Below the pieces are notes generated by a model. That model saw only the letters and a list, made by a program, of their open reading frames with translations. It was not told the origin of the DNA and did no database searches. Below are positions 62,621 to 64,000 of a stretch of DNA of 64,000 nucleotides, in pieces. The position numbers and the translations under genes are program-made. The stretch lies in assembly GCA_964016885.1 (NCBI GenBank), contig OZ024756.1, positions 18,228,001 through 18,292,000 of the forward strand, given 5' to 3'. The stretch's first letter is position 1. Every line of letters begins with the position of its first letter. Origin of the DNA: Eledone cirrhosa (lineage: Eukaryota).

Positions 62621-62784
62621 CGAGGTTCAGTTGGAAAGTTTAGAGGCTGACCAAGATACTCTCATGGAATGATCAAATGAAGTTTATTTGTGAACATAGT
62701 CCCAGGAAAGAAACAATGCAGTTTATTAATAAGAAAAGTTGAAATTAATGCAAGTCAGTCTATGAACTGTTCAGCCAACCCTCG
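62621..62784 (+). mobile_element. mariner-type MITE (second copy at ~58755-58942)
   Basis: CGAGG.T..G.TG.AAAGTT...AACT.TTCAGCCAACCCTCG|TA ends; shared body CTGACCAAGATACTCTCAT...GGAAAGAAACAATGCAG. Confidence 0.7.
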
Positions 62785-62848
62785 TATACATATAACATAA
62801 CTTTCCAGTTTTTAGATAAAAAAAAAACAACAAAAACGTTATTTTTTC

Positions 62849-62881
<33 letters not shown>

Positions 62882-63234
62882 CGCATATGTATATATACAT
62901 ATCTATATATATATATATATATATATATATGTAGATAAATAGAAACGATCGTTAAATAATGAATTTTTTTGTTTAATATAAGGAATTGTTTATTCATTAT
63001 TTGTTTAATATTTTATATATATATATATATATAAATGTATGTGTAATTATATGTATCATCACCGTTTAACGACCATTTGTCCACACTATCGTATATGGGT
63101 TAGACGAGTTCTGTTGTGGGCAATTCCACCTCGGGTGACCATGTCTTGCTCATACAGAACTAATATTAGCCTGGTTTCTACAGCTGGATGCCCTTCCTAA
63201 CACTAACCACATGGGAGGTGTATGGAAGAGTGAT

Positions 63235-64000
63235 GGCACCAGCATTACCATTTTACAGAGTGGACTGGGTGCTTTTTATCATGGTACCAGCACTACCATT
63301 TTACAGAGTGGACTGGGTGCTTTTTATCATGGTACCAGCACTACCATTTTACAGAGTGGACGGTACTTTTTATCATGGTACCAGCACTACCATTTTACAG
63401 AGTCGACTGGGTGCTTTTTATCATGGTACCAGCACTACCATTTTACAGAGTGGACGGTACTTTTTATCATGGTACCAGCACTACCATTTTACAGAGTGGA
63501 CGGTACTTTTTATCATGGTACCAGCACTACCATTTTACAGAGTCGACTGGGTGCTTTTTATCATGGTACCAGCACTACCATTTTACAGAGTCGACTGGGT
63601 GCTTTTTATCATGGTATCTGCACTACCATTTTACAAAGTGGACTGGGTACTTTTTATCATGGTACCAGCACTACCATTTTACAGAGTCGACTGGGTGCTT
63701 TTTATCATGGTACCAGCACTACCATTTTACAGAGTAGACTGGGTGCTTGTTATCATGGTACCAGCACTACCATTTTACAGAGTGGACTGGGTGCGTTTTA
63801 TCATGGTACCAGCACTACCATTTTACAAAGTGGACTGGGTACTTTTTATCATGGTACCAGCACTACCATTTTACAAAGTGGACTGGGTACTTTTTATCAT
63901 GGTACCAGCACTACCATTTTACAGAGTCGACTGGGTGCTTTTTATCGTGGTACCAGCACTAGCATTTTACAGAGTCGACTGGGTGCTTTTTATCATGGTA
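63235..64000. repeat. ~48-bp minisatellite (~16 units, runs off the window) derived from the RTE/SINE tail
   Basis: Unit ATGGTACCAGCACTACCATTTTACAGAGTGGACTGGGTGCTTTTTATC, continuous with the RTE tail at 63055-63210. Confidence 0.93.

Noticed and set aside
58755-62784. H2A.X carried as cargo of a composite mariner element
   Set aside because: The flanking MITEs are each self-contained and diverged, with no shared outer target duplication; independent insertions are simpler.

Overview
AT-rich, microsatellite- and transposon-saturated eukaryotic DNA. The repeat complement (RTE LINEs with a Cys/His finger inside RT, (GAT)n-tailed tRNA-derived SINEs, TTAA-flanked MITEs, Dong/R4) looks like an octopod cephalopod; this is an inference. 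Two conserved genes are well supported: a 5-exon NAA50 (N-alpha-acetyltransferase 50, + strand, CDS 32631-54035, 170 aa) and a solitary intronless H2A.X (59849-60262, C-terminal SQEY, histone stem-loop). Reading splice signals by eye also gives a candidate unannotated multi-exon gene on the + strand (~17.6-29.9 kb). Its phase-compatible exons would encode a 53-aa signal-peptide-bearing Cys-containing peptide, possibly preceded on the same transcript by a 70-aa ORF. The rest consists of decayed maT (DD37D), piggyBac, RTE, CR1, Vingi-like, CRE-like and Dong/R4 elements, SINEs, MITEs, several minisatellites (23, 48, 51, 100, 192 bp) and many hairpins and inverted repeats, some flanking NAA50 exons. 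Repeat coordinates are approximate; exon coordinates were counted exactly. No database search or folding could be run.
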